Shown: positions 8,459 through 17,199 of the stretch, in pieces
Position numbering within the stretch: the first letter of the stretch is position 1
Layout of the letters: each line of letters opens with the position of its first letter
Made by a program: the position numbers and the translations under genes
The notes under the pieces: model-generated
What the model saw: the letters and a program-made list of their open reading frames with translations, nothing else
Told to the model about the DNA's origin: nothing
Databases searched by the model: none
Source: an uncultured Trueperaceae bacterium
GTDB lineage: Bacteria > Deinococcota > Deinococci > Deinococcales > Trueperaceae
DNA: 64,000 nt
Assembly: GCA_913062675.1 (NCBI GenBank)
Contig: CAJXWR010000001.1
Coordinates: 34,492-98,491, forward strand
Reading direction: 5' to 3'

Positions 8459-8503
8459 ATCGCGGACGTGCGACGGGCAGGGCACTTCGCCTGTGGGAAA
8501 CCG

Positions 8504-9124
8504 TCAAGCACCTTCCGCAGCGCGCACCGCGGCCACGAATTCGGCCACTTTCGCGGGGTCCTTTTGCCCGATCGAGGCCTCCACGCCCGACGCCACGTCG
8601 ACGCCCCAGGGCTGCATCGCGCGCACCGCGTCGGCCACGTTGCCGGGGTGCAACCCACCCGCAAGGAGCAGTCGCGGCGCTCCCCGCCAGGCAGCAGCCT
8701 CGGCCCAGGAGAAGGTCTCCCCACTCCCCGGTTTCGGACCGTCGAGGAGGATGCCGTCGTGGGGTCGGTCGCGCCACGCTTCGGGCGTCTCGCTCGCCGT
8801 CCACCGCAAGGCGCGCACCACGCGGACGCGCGTCTGCAACCGTGCGGCCAGCGCGTCGTCCTCCCCGCCATGCAGCTGCACGACGTCGAGACCGACGCGA
8901 TCGACGGCGTCGAGAATCTCGCCTTCCGTCTGTCCGGCGAACACGCCGACGCGCAGCACGAACGGTCCAACGGCGGCCGTCACGCGGGCGGCCTGGTCGA
9001 GGGTGACGACGCGGCGACTGTGCGCCGCGAAGATCACGCCAATCGCATCGACGCCCGCGGCGTCACACGCCTCGGCGTCCTCGGGCCGCGTGAGGCCGCA
9101 CACCTTGATGCGGATGCGACTCAC
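8504..9124 (-). CDS. trpF: phosphoribosylanthranilate isomerase
   Basis: 206 aa with the PRAI pattern (IKVCGLT, GVDAIGVIF, VQLHGGE, LLLAGGL). Its GTG start overlaps the ppx stop (GTGA). Confidence 0.9.
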   Translation of the reverse strand: MSRIRIKVCGLTRPEDAEACDAAGVDAIGVIFAAHSRRVVTLDQAARVTAAVGPFVLRVGVFAGQTEGEILDAVDRVGLDVVQLHGGEDDALAARLQTRVRVVRALRWTASETPEAWRDRPHDGILLDGPKPGSGETFSWAEAAAWRGAPRLLLAGGLHPGNVADAVRAMQPWGVDVASGVEASIGQKDPAKVAEFVAAVRAAEGA

Positions 9125-10692
9125 GCGAGCATCTCCTGAGCCACGTGCACGTCGACGGGCCGGTCGAGCATGCCGGCGAGCAGGTCGGTCCGGCCGACCG
9201 CCGCATTGCGCTCAAGCGTCGCGTCGCCACGCGCGTGGATGCGAACGTCGAAGCGATCGTCATGCAGGTGGGCATCGATGCGCTCGACGCGACCCGCCTT
9301 ACTGCGTTCGAGCTGCTCAGCGACGTGCAGAATGCCGGCGAGCACCTTGAGTCGCTCGGCGTCCCCCGGCTCGAGCAAGGTCGGGGCGACCGTGGCTTGC
9401 GCCTTGCCCTTGCGATGCGAGCGGACGAGGTCCGCGATGATCGCTTGCTCGCGGTGCGTGAAACCAGGGAGCGGGCGCGCCATGACGAGGTAGGCACCGT
9501 GCCGGTGATGCCCGTAGTAATCGATGGCCATGCCGACGTCGTGAAGCCAGGCGGCGGCCTGCAACCAGTCACGTTCCACCTCGCCATAGCCGAAGTGGCC
9601 TGCGAGCGCGTCGTAGAGGACGAGGGCGAAGTCGGCAACGCGTTCGGCGTGCGTCGTGTCGCCGTGGTAGCGGCGCATGAGGTTGCGGGCGGTGAAGGTA
9701 CGCACGTCGGGGGCGAGGTGCCCCGGTTCATGCACGAAGAGTTTCGGATAGAACATGCCCTCGCGCAACCCCTGCCCACTCACGAGGTACGCGTCCCGAC
9801 CAGCAATCTGCAGGAGCTCGTCGAGGACGACGGCGCCGGCCACGATGATGTCCGCCCGGTCCGACCCGAGACCGGGCATGGCGCTTCGATCGGCGAGCGG
9901 CATGCCGGCAAGTTCGGTGGCGAGCACGTGAAGGTCCTCGGCGCGGAAGCGATACCCATGGAGGAGGGGTAGTGGATAGTCGACGCGTTGCTGCCAGGCT
10001 TCGGCGAGCGAGCGGAGGGTGCCGCCCATACCGACCCACGGCAGGTCGCTCGGTGGCGTGACGCCCTCGCGTTCCGCTTCGCGGTTGCGCGCCTCGAGCC
10101 AGGGCTCGACGGCGTCGCGCACCGCGGTCCTCAAGGCCTTCACGTGCTTCTTGCGAGCAGGGTCGCCTGCGAGAAAGCGCTCGGTGGCGCGCACCGCACC
10201 GAGTGGCCAGGAGTGGCCGTGAACGGTACGCCGGTCACGCATGACGCTGAGTTGCACGCTCCCACCGCCTAGGTCGACGACGAGCGCATCATCGAGCGAA
10301 AAGGAATTGGCGACGGCCCGCACACCGGCACGCGCCTCGGCCTCACCGCTGAGCACGTCGAGGTGGATGCCGGTTTCGCGCCGAACGCGGGCCAAGAACT
10401 CGGGTCCATTGACGGCGTCGCGTACGGCGCTCGTCGCGGTCGCAACGATCTCCTCGATCCTGCTCGCATCGCAGTAACGGCGGAACGAGTCGAGGGTGTC
10501 GAGGGCGCGTTGCATGGCATCCTCACGCAAGCGGCCGTCCTCGCCCATGCCTTGAGAGAGGCGAACGACGTCGCGAAGTTGATCGAGATGCCGATAGCCG
10601 TAGCCGGGGCGGTAGGCGAGGGCGACGAGCTTCGCCGTATTACTTCCAATGTCGATGACCGCGAGGTGACGCTCGGCGCCAGGGGCGTCCAT
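9121..10692 (-). CDS. ppx: Ppx/GppA-family exopolyphosphatase with C-terminal HD domain
   Basis: 523 aa. N-terminal ASKHA fold motif AVIDIGSNTAKLV and a C-terminal HD region WLHDVGMAIDYYGHHRHG. Confidence 0.9.
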   Translation of the reverse strand: MDAPGAERHLAVIDIGSNTAKLVALAYRPGYGYRHLDQLRDVVRLSQGMGEDGRLREDAMQRALDTLDSFRRYCDASRIEEIVATATSAVRDAVNGPEFLARVRRETGIHLDVLSGEAEARAGVRAVANSFSLDDALVVDLGGGSVQLSVMRDRRTVHGHSWPLGAVRATERFLAGDPARKKHVKALRTAVRDAVEPWLEARNREAEREGVTPPSDLPWVGMGGTLRSLAEAWQQRVDYPLPLLHGYRFRAEDLHVLATELAGMPLADRSAMPGLGSDRADIIVAGAVVLDELLQIAGRDAYLVSGQGLREGMFYPKLFVHEPGHLAPDVRTFTARNLMRRYHGDTTHAERVADFALVLYDALAGHFGYGEVERDWLQAAAWLHDVGMAIDYYGHHRHGAYLVMARPLPGFTHREQAIIADLVRSHRKGKAQATVAPTLLEPGDAERLKVLAGILHVAEQLERSKAGRVERIDAHLHDDRFDVRIHARGDATLERNAAVGRTDLLAGMLDRPVDVHVAQEMLA

Positions 10693-10698
10693 GGGTTG

Positions 10699-10704
10699 AG
10701 GATA
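10699..10704 (-). promoter_or_regulatory. -10-like hexamer directly upstream of ppx (leaderless-type)
   Basis: Minus strand: TATCCT, 6 nt, ATG 10692. No SD. Confidence 0.4.
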
Positions 10705-10741
10705 GCGCAGGGCGGCCGACGACCTAGGCCGCCCGACGGGC

Positions 10742-11398
10742 TCAAGGCAGGATGTTCTCGAACGTGATGGAAGGATAGTCAGGGATGAACGGGTCCGCGG
10801 ACAAGAACTCGCAGTTGGGCGTGTCGGGAGCCTTGAACAACAGCCCCGACACGCGCGGCGTCGTCCCGTCGGGTTCGCCGACGTTCAAGACGGCATCGAA
10901 CGTGGGGGGAGGGTCGGTCATCGCAGGGGTGATCGCGCAAGACCCGCCCGGTCCAGCGATCGTCACCGAGAGATCGCCCACCGTCGGGACTGCGGGGAGG
11001 GACTGATAGCTCTCACCGGTCACGAACCCACCCGGCCGCCGAATCACGACCGTCCAGCCGGCGGGGTTGCTGGCTTCGAAGGTGAGGGTGTCGCCGTCGT
11101 GCACGACCCGGGTGCCGGTGACCTCCGGCTCCGCGAGCGTGCCGTCGCCTTCGGCGATCCGGTCATACATCCGCCATGCCGTCGACCCGGCGTCGCCCCC
11201 TCCGTCATCGTCATCCGGATCTCCGCCAGGGTTCTCACCAGAATCCCCACCGGAGTCGCCACCGGAGTCCCCACCACCGTCCTCCTGCTGCGGGGGCGGT
11301 TCCGATCCGGACGATCCACACGCCGTGAGAGTAAAGGCGCCGATCACGAGCAAGACGAAAATGAGGACATGCGGAACGCGTTGTGAATAATAACTCAT
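10742..11398 (-). CDS. hypothetical lipoprotein
   Basis: Start set at ATG 11398 (MSYYSQRVPHVLIFVLLVIGAFTLTAC, lipobox LTAC). The mature protein begins with an acidic linker containing GGDSGGDSGGDSG (3 x 12-bp repeat). Confidence 0.7.
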   Translation of the reverse strand: MSYYSQRVPHVLIFVLLVIGAFTLTACGSSGSEPPPQQEDGGGDSGGDSGGDSGENPGGDPDDDDGGGDAGSTAWRMYDRIAEGDGTLAEPEVTGTRVVHDGDTLTFEASNPAGWTVVIRRPGGFVTGESYQSLPAVPTVGDLSVTIAGPGGSCAITPAMTDPPPTFDAVLNVGEPDGTTPRVSGLLFKAPDTPNCEFLSADPFIPDYPSITFENILP

Positions 11399-11551
11399 GG
11401 TGCAGTATGGCATATCACTCGGACAACGTGGGCGGTGCACCTGAATGCGCGCCTACGGCGCCACTCCACGGGTCGAAGCTGCGTCCGTCTGGGCCTACCG
11501 AACCCGTCTTCGTCAGCGAAATGCCTGTCACGAGCCTCGTCACACGCGTCG

Positions 11552-11587
11552 GAAACAGCGTCCTCGCAATTGCAGGGCGCGAGGACG
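11552..11587 (-). terminator. candidate terminator hairpin downstream of rsfS
   Basis: Perfect 9-bp stem CGTCCTCGC/GCGAGGACG (11579-11587 and 11559-11567) with an 11-nt loop, followed on the minus strand by CTGTTTCC. It lies about 170 nt after the rsfS stop. Confidence 0.4.
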
Positions 11588-11754
11588 ATCGACGCGACGA
11601 GAGCGCGAATGTACGCGAGGTTGAGACGTTTTGCATTGTTGCCACCGACGTCCACCAAAGCGACGTCACACCCGGCGCATGGGACGCCCCTGGCCCGACG
11701 ATAGGGCCCTGCGAGGCATTCGAAGCTGTGGCGGTGGCTGCCCGGGATTCAGGT

Positions 11755-12129
11755 TCAGGCGGTGGGTTGCACGTCCAGCGCCTTGGCGTCGGCCCAGAGG
11801 CCTTCGAGGTCGTAGAACTCACGCGCTTCGGGACTCATGATGTGCACGACGATGCCGCCGTAATCGAGGAGCACCCAGCGGGTGGAGGGCGCCTCGATCC
11901 CGCGAGGACGTTGCCCATGCTCCTTCATGCGTTCCTTCACCGCGTCCTCCAAGGCCTGGAGTTGCGGTTGCGAGGTGGCGGTCGCAATCACGAAACAATC
12001 GAGGGACGCCGTGAGTTCGGAGAGGTCGAGCACGCGGACGTCTTCGGCACGCTTGTCGTCGAGCGCATCGACGATCCACTGCACGGCTTGCAGGTGTTCG
12101 GGGAGGGTGTCGGTCGCGGGTTGGGTCAT
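11755..12129 (-). CDS. rsfS: ribosome silencing factor RsfS (iojap family)
   Basis: 124-aa C-terminal part of ORF 11755-13092, from ATG 12129. Sequence DDKRAEDVRVLDLSELTASLDCFVIATATSQPQLQAL ... WVLLDYGGIVVHIMSPEAREFYDLEGLW is typical RsfS. Confidence 0.9.
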   Translation of the reverse strand: MTQPATDTLPEHLQAVQWIVDALDDKRAEDVRVLDLSELTASLDCFVIATATSQPQLQALEDAVKERMKEHGQRPRGIEAPSTRWVLLDYGGIVVHIMSPEAREFYDLEGLWADAKALDVQPTA

Positions 12130-12133
12130 CGAT

Positions 12134-13444
12134 TCACGGCTCCAGGGGGATGAGGGCGGCGTCGTTGGTGGTGGCGTCGGGCGTGAGGATGGGGTGCAGC
12201 GCGGCGGTCCCCATGGGGGTCTTGGTGAAGGCGTCGCCCCCAAGCACGAGTTCGATGTCGATGCGCACCCCATCACGCCAGCCGAGCGATTCGACCTGTT
12301 GCTTGCCGGTACCGAGCAGGCTGGCGTAGTAATCGGCGTCGCTCCAGCTTGCCGCCGTGGCGAGCACGCGCGTGCCGCTGGGATCGTAGCTTCCGTCCTG
12401 CACCAGGATGCGGTCCTCGGGTGCGCCCATGGCGACGAGGCGATCGCGGTACCACGTGCCGAGCGTCGCGTCGCCGCTGCGGTTGCGGATGAGGAGGGTG
12501 CGCTCGGGTGCCGTGTCGAAGGTGGGCGCGGTACCGCCGAAGGTGCTGGCGAGGAAGGCGCGCACGTCGACCGGGTCGGCGACGAGACCCATGGCGCCTT
12601 CACGCTCCACCTCGAGGGTGGGGAGGGTGGCGGACCGGATTTCGAGGTCGGCAATGCGGGGCAGGAGTCGGGCCGCGAGGGTGGGACGCACACTGGTCTC
12701 CACTTGCTCGAGGTAGGTGGTGAGCAGGTCGGGGAGCAGGCCGACGGTGCGGACGTTGAGTTCCTTGACGCGCGCGAGCATGGCGTAGGCGAGTCGCTTG
12801 ACGTTGTCGAGCCGGTCGATGTCCCCGCGAATGAACTGGCGGTAGCGGAGGAACTCGCTGGCCGCCTGCCCGTCGAGCGTTTGCGGGCCGGGTTGCAGGT
12901 CGATGGTGAGACCGCCCGCGACGTCGCGGTAGTACATGCGTTCGGGCACGTTGACCTCGACGCCACCGAGCGCATCCACGAGGCTTTGGAAGATGGTGAG
13001 GTCGATGATGACGTAATCGTCGACGGGCAGTCCGACGGCGGCTTCGACGCGCTGCATGAGACCCTCGGGACCCTCTCGGGCGAGGGTGCCATTGATGCGG
13101 CGCGTGCCAGGCCCGACGAAGAGATCGCGGGGAATGGCGATGAGCGTGAGGTCGCTGCCGATCAGATTGACGTAGAGAATCGTGTCGGTGTTCACGCCGC
13201 GCGCGCCGACCTCCCCGTCGAACTGCCAACCGGTGATGGTGCCTTCGGCATCGTAGATGGGGGTGGACTCCCCTTCCCCGTAGAACAGGTCGCGTCCCGC
13301 CACGACGAAACTGAGCGCCGTTTCGCCGTCCTGCAGGCCGAGCAGTTCACGCTGCGCCGCACCGAGGTCACTGCCGAGGGTGACGCGGGTGACCCACGCG
13401 CCGATGAGGCCGGTGAGGGCGATCAGCAGCCCGGCGAGTTGCAC
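12134..13444 (-). CDS. LCP (LytR/CpsA/Psr) family cell-envelope phosphotransferase
   Basis: TM anchor (LVQLAGLLIALTGLIGAWV), then an LCP core (ILYVNLIGSDLTLIAIPRDL ... VDDYVIIDLTIFQSLVDALGGVEV ... LDGQAASEFLRYRQ) and a LytR_C-like tail. The start is uncertain: GTG 13444 avoids overlap with yqeK, while the maximal ORF reaches ATG 13618. Confidence 0.8.
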   Translation of the reverse strand: MQLAGLLIALTGLIGAWVTRVTLGSDLGAAQRELLGLQDGETALSFVVAGRDLFYGEGESTPIYDAEGTITGWQFDGEVGARGVNTDTILYVNLIGSDLTLIAIPRDLFVGPGTRRINGTLAREGPEGLMQRVEAAVGLPVDDYVIIDLTIFQSLVDALGGVEVNVPERMYYRDVAGGLTIDLQPGPQTLDGQAASEFLRYRQFIRGDIDRLDNVKRLAYAMLARVKELNVRTVGLLPDLLTTYLEQVETSVRPTLAARLLPRIADLEIRSATLPTLEVEREGAMGLVADPVDVRAFLASTFGGTAPTFDTAPERTLLIRNRSGDATLGTWYRDRLVAMGAPEDRILVQDGSYDPSGTRVLATAASWSDADYYASLLGTGKQQVESLGWRDGVRIDIELVLGGDAFTKTPMGTAALHPILTPDATTNDAALIPLEP

Positions 13445-13466
13445 CAGCCGCGCTCGCTGGCGGGGG

Positions 13467-14066
13467 TCAGTGAGGATCGGGGGCCAGTTGATCGTGCACC
13501 TCGAGGGTCTTGGGGTGGACGGGTTTGCCGCGGGCGCGGAGGTAATCGACCTTCGTGCGGACGGCTTTGCGGTAGGCGCGGGGAAGATTCCGCATGGCGA
13601 GTTCACGCACGTCGTCATTCACGCCGCGACCGGGTTCGCTCACGTCGGCGACGTAGAGCGCCATACCGATGCGGTTGCCGGGCGTCACGCCGTACACGTG
13701 ACCTTCGATGGCGGTGAGGACGCGGGGGTCGATGATGCCCCATCGTTCGGCGAGGGCGCGGGCGGCACGACCGTGCACGGTGATGGGGTGATTGCGTTCG
13801 GTGTCGTCGCCGGGTGGGGCGAGGTCGTGCAGGTCCGCGTCGCTCATGTCGCGTGCGGCGTCGTGCAGGATGGCGGCGAGCACGGTGGCGCGTCGCTCGT
13901 CCTCACTGAAGTCGTTGGCGCGGGCGATGGCGTCGGCAAGGTCGACGACGCGCAGGACGTGCGCCCAACGCGCCTCGCTGACGAGGTGCCGAACGCGTTC
14001 GCAGTACGGCGCAATGCTGCTCCGGCTGCACGGTCCGTCGGCAGGGAAGATGGAATCGCTCGCCAT
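13467..14066 (-). CDS. yqeK: HD-domain bis(5'-nucleosyl)-tetraphosphatase YqeK
   Basis: 199 aa from ATG 14066 (AAGGAGAGC precedes it). HD motif AAILHDAARD. Conserved position between obg and rsfS. Confidence 0.8.
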   Translation of the reverse strand: MASDSIFPADGPCSRSSIAPYCERVRHLVSEARWAHVLRVVDLADAIARANDFSEDERRATVLAAILHDAARDMSDADLHDLAPPGDDTERNHPITVHGRAARALAERWGIIDPRVLTAIEGHVYGVTPGNRIGMALYVADVSEPGRGVNDDVRELAMRNLPRAYRKAVRTKVDYLRARGKPVHPKTLEVHDQLAPDPH

Positions 14067-14166
14067 GCTCTCCTTCGGGATGGCGCCATGCGGGATGCGG
14101 GCTGCATCACGCGTTTGCGCGCACGTGGAGCGTATCACGCGCCTCTTCGCGCTGCGGTAACGGGTT

Positions 14167-15537
14167 TCACGAGGGGTCGACGACTTCGGAATCGTCGATT
14201 TCGGACTCATTTTCTGCGGTCGCGCCATCCTCACCCTCGGCCTGCATGTCGTCCTCGTCCTCTTCGATGCCGGGCTGCGTCTCGTCGAAGTACTCGAACT
14301 CGGCCGCACCGATGCGCACGTCATCACCGTTCTTCACGCCGGCGCGGCGCATGAGGGTGGCGAGGCCCATGCCTTCGAAGTGGCGGTGGAGGTACGTGAC
14401 GGCGTCGGGGTTGGTCGTGTCGAAGCGGGTGACGAGCGGTTCGACTTCACTGCCGGTGACGCGCCAGGCGCCCTCGCCTTCGGGTTCGACCGCGAGCGGT
14501 TCTGCACGCACCACGGTGGGGGCGTTCTCGGCGGGCGTGACGTCGCGGCGTTCGGGGAGGAGCGCGAACAGGGTTTCTCGGACGGTATCGAGGCCGTCCC
14601 CCTCGAGACTGGAGGCGGGAACGATGGGCAGCCCAGTGACGGCGAGGTCATGCTCGGCGTCGCGCACCTCGTCGGGCGCAGCGAGGTCGGTCTTGTGGAG
14701 CACGATCAGTCCGGGTAGGTCGAGCAGGGTGGGGTCGTACGTTTCGACTTCGCGGCGGAGTGCGCGGTACGCCTCGGCGGGTTCCTCGGCAATGTCGAGA
14801 ACCCAGACGAGCAGGCGGGTGCGACTGATGTGGCGGAGGAACTCGAGGCCGAGGCCCTTGCCTTCGCTCGCGCCCTCGATCAGGCCGGGAACGTCGGCGA
14901 GGGTGAAGCGTTCGAAGCTGCGGCCTTCGCGCTCGACGACACCGAGGTTGGGGCTGAGGGTGGTGAAGGGGTAATCGGCGATAGCGGGCTTGGCGTTGCT
15001 GAGCGCGGCGAGGAGGCTGGACTTGCCGGCGTTGGGGTAGCCGACGAGGCCGGCGTCGGCAATCGTGCGGAGTTCGAGACGGACGGCGCGCTTCTCGCCC
15101 GGCTCGCCGTACTCGGCGAAGCGGGGGGTGCGGCGGGTGGCGGTGGCGAAACTGGCGTTGCCGCGCCCGCCGTCACCGCCGCGGGCAACGACGGCGGTCT
15201 GGCCCACCTCGATCAGGTCAGCGAGCACCTCGCCGGTGGCGGCGTCGCGGGCGATGGTGCCGACCGGGACGGGGAGGGTGAGGTCCTTCCCATGCTTGCC
15301 GCGCTTCTCACGTCCTTCGCCGGGTTTTCCAACTTCGGCACGGTAGGTTTTGTGGGGCGTGAGTTTGGCGAGGGCGCCGACGTCGTCGACGGCGCGGAGG
15401 AGGACGCTGCCTCCCTTGCCGCCGTGACCCCCGTCGGGTCCGCCCTTGGCGATGTACTTCAGGCGCAGGAACGACATGGCGCCGTCGCCGCCGCGACCGC
15501 CTTGCGCAGTGATGTCGAGCGTGTCACGGAACGTCAT
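14167..15537 (-). CDS. obg: GTPase Obg/CgtA
   Basis: 456 aa. Glycine-rich Obg fold ([33 protein letters not shown]), G1 GYPNAGKSS, and a C-terminal OCT-like domain with an acidic tail. Confidence 0.95.
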   Translation of the reverse strand: MTFRDTLDITAQGGRGGDGAMSFLRLKYIAKGGPDGGHGGKGGSVLLRAVDDVGALAKLTPHKTYRAEVGKPGEGREKRGKHGKDLTLPVPVGTIARDAATGEVLADLIEVGQTAVVARGGDGGRGNASFATATRRTPRFAEYGEPGEKRAVRLELRTIADAGLVGYPNAGKSSLLAALSNAKPAIADYPFTTLSPNLGVVEREGRSFERFTLADVPGLIEGASEGKGLGLEFLRHISRTRLLVWVLDIAEEPAEAYRALRREVETYDPTLLDLPGLIVLHKTDLAAPDEVRDAEHDLAVTGLPIVPASSLEGDGLDTVRETLFALLPERRDVTPAENAPTVVRAEPLAVEPEGEGAWRVTGSEVEPLVTRFDTTNPDAVTYLHRHFEGMGLATLMRRAGVKNGDDVRIGAAEFEYFDETQPGIEEDEDDMQAEGEDGATAENESEIDDSEVVDPS

Positions 15538-15614
15538 CCTGGGGTGCGCCTTCCTTCACGACGTCGGGCGCGACCGTTGGCCGCGCCCGACGAGATGTCT
15601 TGCGTGGGCTGGGG

Positions 15615-15893
15615 TCAGTCGGCGGCGAGCGCCTCGCCGGCCGGTTCTTGAATGGTGACGAAGCGACCCTTGCGACCCTTGTTGAGGAACTTGACCGAGC
15701 CGGTCTTGAGGGCGAAGAGGGTGAAGTCCTTGCCCATGCCGACGTTCTGGCCGGGCTGGAAGCGAGTGCCGCGCTGGCGAACGATGATGCTGCCGGCGTG
15801 GACGACTTGCCCGTCGAAGCGCTTCACGCCGAGGCGCTTGGACTGGCTGTCGCGACCGTTCTTGGAGCTACCGACGCCTTTCTTGTGAGCCAT
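15615..15893 (-). CDS. rpmA: 50S ribosomal protein L27
   Basis: [31 protein letters not shown]... is canonical L27. AGGAGG SD upstream. Confidence 0.97.
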   Translation of the reverse strand: MAHKKGVGSSKNGRDSQSKRLGVKRFDGQVVHAGSIIVRQRGTRFQPGQNVGMGKDFTLFALKTGSVKFLNKGRKGRFVTIQEPAGEALAAD

Positions 15894-15913
15894 GGTGCCT
15901 TACCTCCTGGCGA

Positions 15914-16219
15914 TCAACCGTTGACCGCGGTGACGCGGACTTCGGTGTAGGCCTGCCGGTGCCCGGTACGGCGCCGGTAGTTGGACTTCGCTTTGAACTT
16001 CTTGACGTAGATCTTGTCGCCGCGGCCGTGCTCGACCACCTCGGCGCTGACGGTGGCGCCGTCGACGAGGGGCGTGCCGATCTTGGGCGTGTCGCCACCG
16101 ATCATCAGGACCGGAAGGTCGACGGTGGTGCCGACCTCGGCTTCGATGGCTTCGAGGCGCAGGACGTCACCTTCTTCGACGCGGTACTGCTTGCCGCCGG
16201 ACTTGACGATCGCGAACAT
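15914..16219 (-). CDS. rplU: 50S ribosomal protein L21
   Basis: 101 aa from ATG 16219 (MFAIVKSGGKQYRVEEGDVL...), canonical L21. AAGGAG SD upstream. Confidence 0.97.
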   Translation of the reverse strand: MFAIVKSGGKQYRVEEGDVLRLEAIEAEVGTTVDLPVLMIGGDTPKIGTPLVDGATVSAEVVEHGRGDKIYVKKFKAKSNYRRRTGHRQAYTEVRVTAVNG

Positions 16220-16360
16220 GGTTCTCCTTCGTGCGGCCGTGTGCCGCGCACCCGCGTGGGGTGTCGAAATCTGGGGTGTGCGGCGTGGGGGCGGACCCCT
16301 TCGCGGCGCAGAGAAGGAGTGTAGCAAAGATGCGGCCGCCTGCGCAAGGCGCACGGCGCG

Positions 16361-17191
16361 TCAGTCGGCTGCGGGGGAGGCGCCCGCACGAACCCAGAGG
16401 CGCACGGTGAGGAACAGGGCGAAAGCGGCGAGGGCGAGGACGGCGGAGGTGGCGATGGCGGCGTCGAGGTCGCGTTCGAGCGCAGCGTAGATTTCGAGTG
16501 GCATGGTGCGGGTGCGTCCGGCGATGCTGCCGGCGAAGACGATGGTGGCGCCGAACTCGCCGAGCGCGCGCGCCCAGGCGAGCACGCCGCCCTCGATCAT
16601 GCCGGGCACGGCGAGGGGGAGCGTGACGTGGCGGAGGGCGCCAAGTTGGCTGGCCCCGTCGATGCGGGCGGCCTCCTCGACCGAGCGGGGAACGGCGGCG
16701 AAGGCGACCTTGAGAGCGCGAACGTAGAAGGGGCTTGAGACGAAGAGTTGGGCGAGGACGACTGCGCTCGTGGTGAAGGCGAGGTCGATGCCGGCATCGG
16801 CGAGGGGTGCGCCGAGCAGGCCGCGGCGACCGAAGACGAGCAGGAGGGCGACGCCGGCGACGACGGGGGGCAGGACGACGGGGAGGTCGACGATGGCTTC
16901 CAGGAGTCGCTTGCCGGGGAAGGCGTAGCGGGCGAGGAGGTAGGCGAGGGGCGTGCCGAGGAGGATCGTGAGCGCGAGCGTGAGGCTGGTGGTAAGGAGG
17001 CTCAAGCGGAGCGCGTCGAGGGCGGTGGGGAGGGTGAGGGCGGCGAGCACGTCGGGCCTCATGGCGCGGAGGAGGAGGGTGGCGACGGGGAGGGCGAGCA
17101 GCAGAGCGAGAACGCTTGCGGCGAGGAGCAGCAGCGGTGAGGGTGCGCGGTGCTGGGAGGCGGAGCGCGAGGATGGGGGGCGTCGGAGCAC
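16361..17191 (-). CDS. modB: molybdate ABC transporter permease
   Basis: 276 aa. CysTW/ModB-type permease with the EAA loop EEAARIDGASQLGALRHVTLPLA, located 8 nt after modA. Confidence 0.9.
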   Translation of the reverse strand: MLRRPPSSRSASQHRAPSPLLLLAASVLALLLALPVATLLLRAMRPDVLAALTLPTALDALRLSLLTTSLTLALTILLGTPLAYLLARYAFPGKRLLEAIVDLPVVLPPVVAGVALLLVFGRRGLLGAPLADAGIDLAFTTSAVVLAQLFVSSPFYVRALKVAFAAVPRSVEEAARIDGASQLGALRHVTLPLAVPGMIEGGVLAWARALGEFGATIVFAGSIAGRTRTMPLEIYAALERDLDAAIATSAVLALAAFALFLTVRLWVRAGASPAAD

Positions 17192-17199
17192 GGGTCAGG

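Noticed and set aside
8270-8500. Interpreting the DnaA-box cluster as the chromosomal oriC
   Set aside because: No dnaA or dnaN is adjacent. The highly expressed rplU-rpmA-obg genes immediately to the right are on the minus strand, so they would be head-on to a fork leaving this site. It is kept as a finding, but as a probable non-origin DnaA-binding locus. GC skew cannot be computed reliably by eye.
8146-8970. ORFs 8146-8970, 8225-8407 and 8382-8804 crossing the DnaA-box intergenic region
   Set aside because: They are Arg/Pro/Cys-rich, run through the AT-rich island and into trpF in the wrong frame, and have no SD or motif. I treat the region as non-coding.
11395-11658. 87-codon minus-strand ORF in the rsfS-lipoprotein gap
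   Set aside because: It has a mediocre third-position GC bias, a Cys/Arg-rich C-terminal half, no SD, and a terminator-like hairpin inside it. It is not called as a CDS, but it is flagged within the gap finding.
11882-13717. 611-aa plus-strand ORF
   Set aside because: It is antisense to the rsfS/LCP/yqeK genes, which have clear family motifs. This is a typical high-GC shadow ORF.
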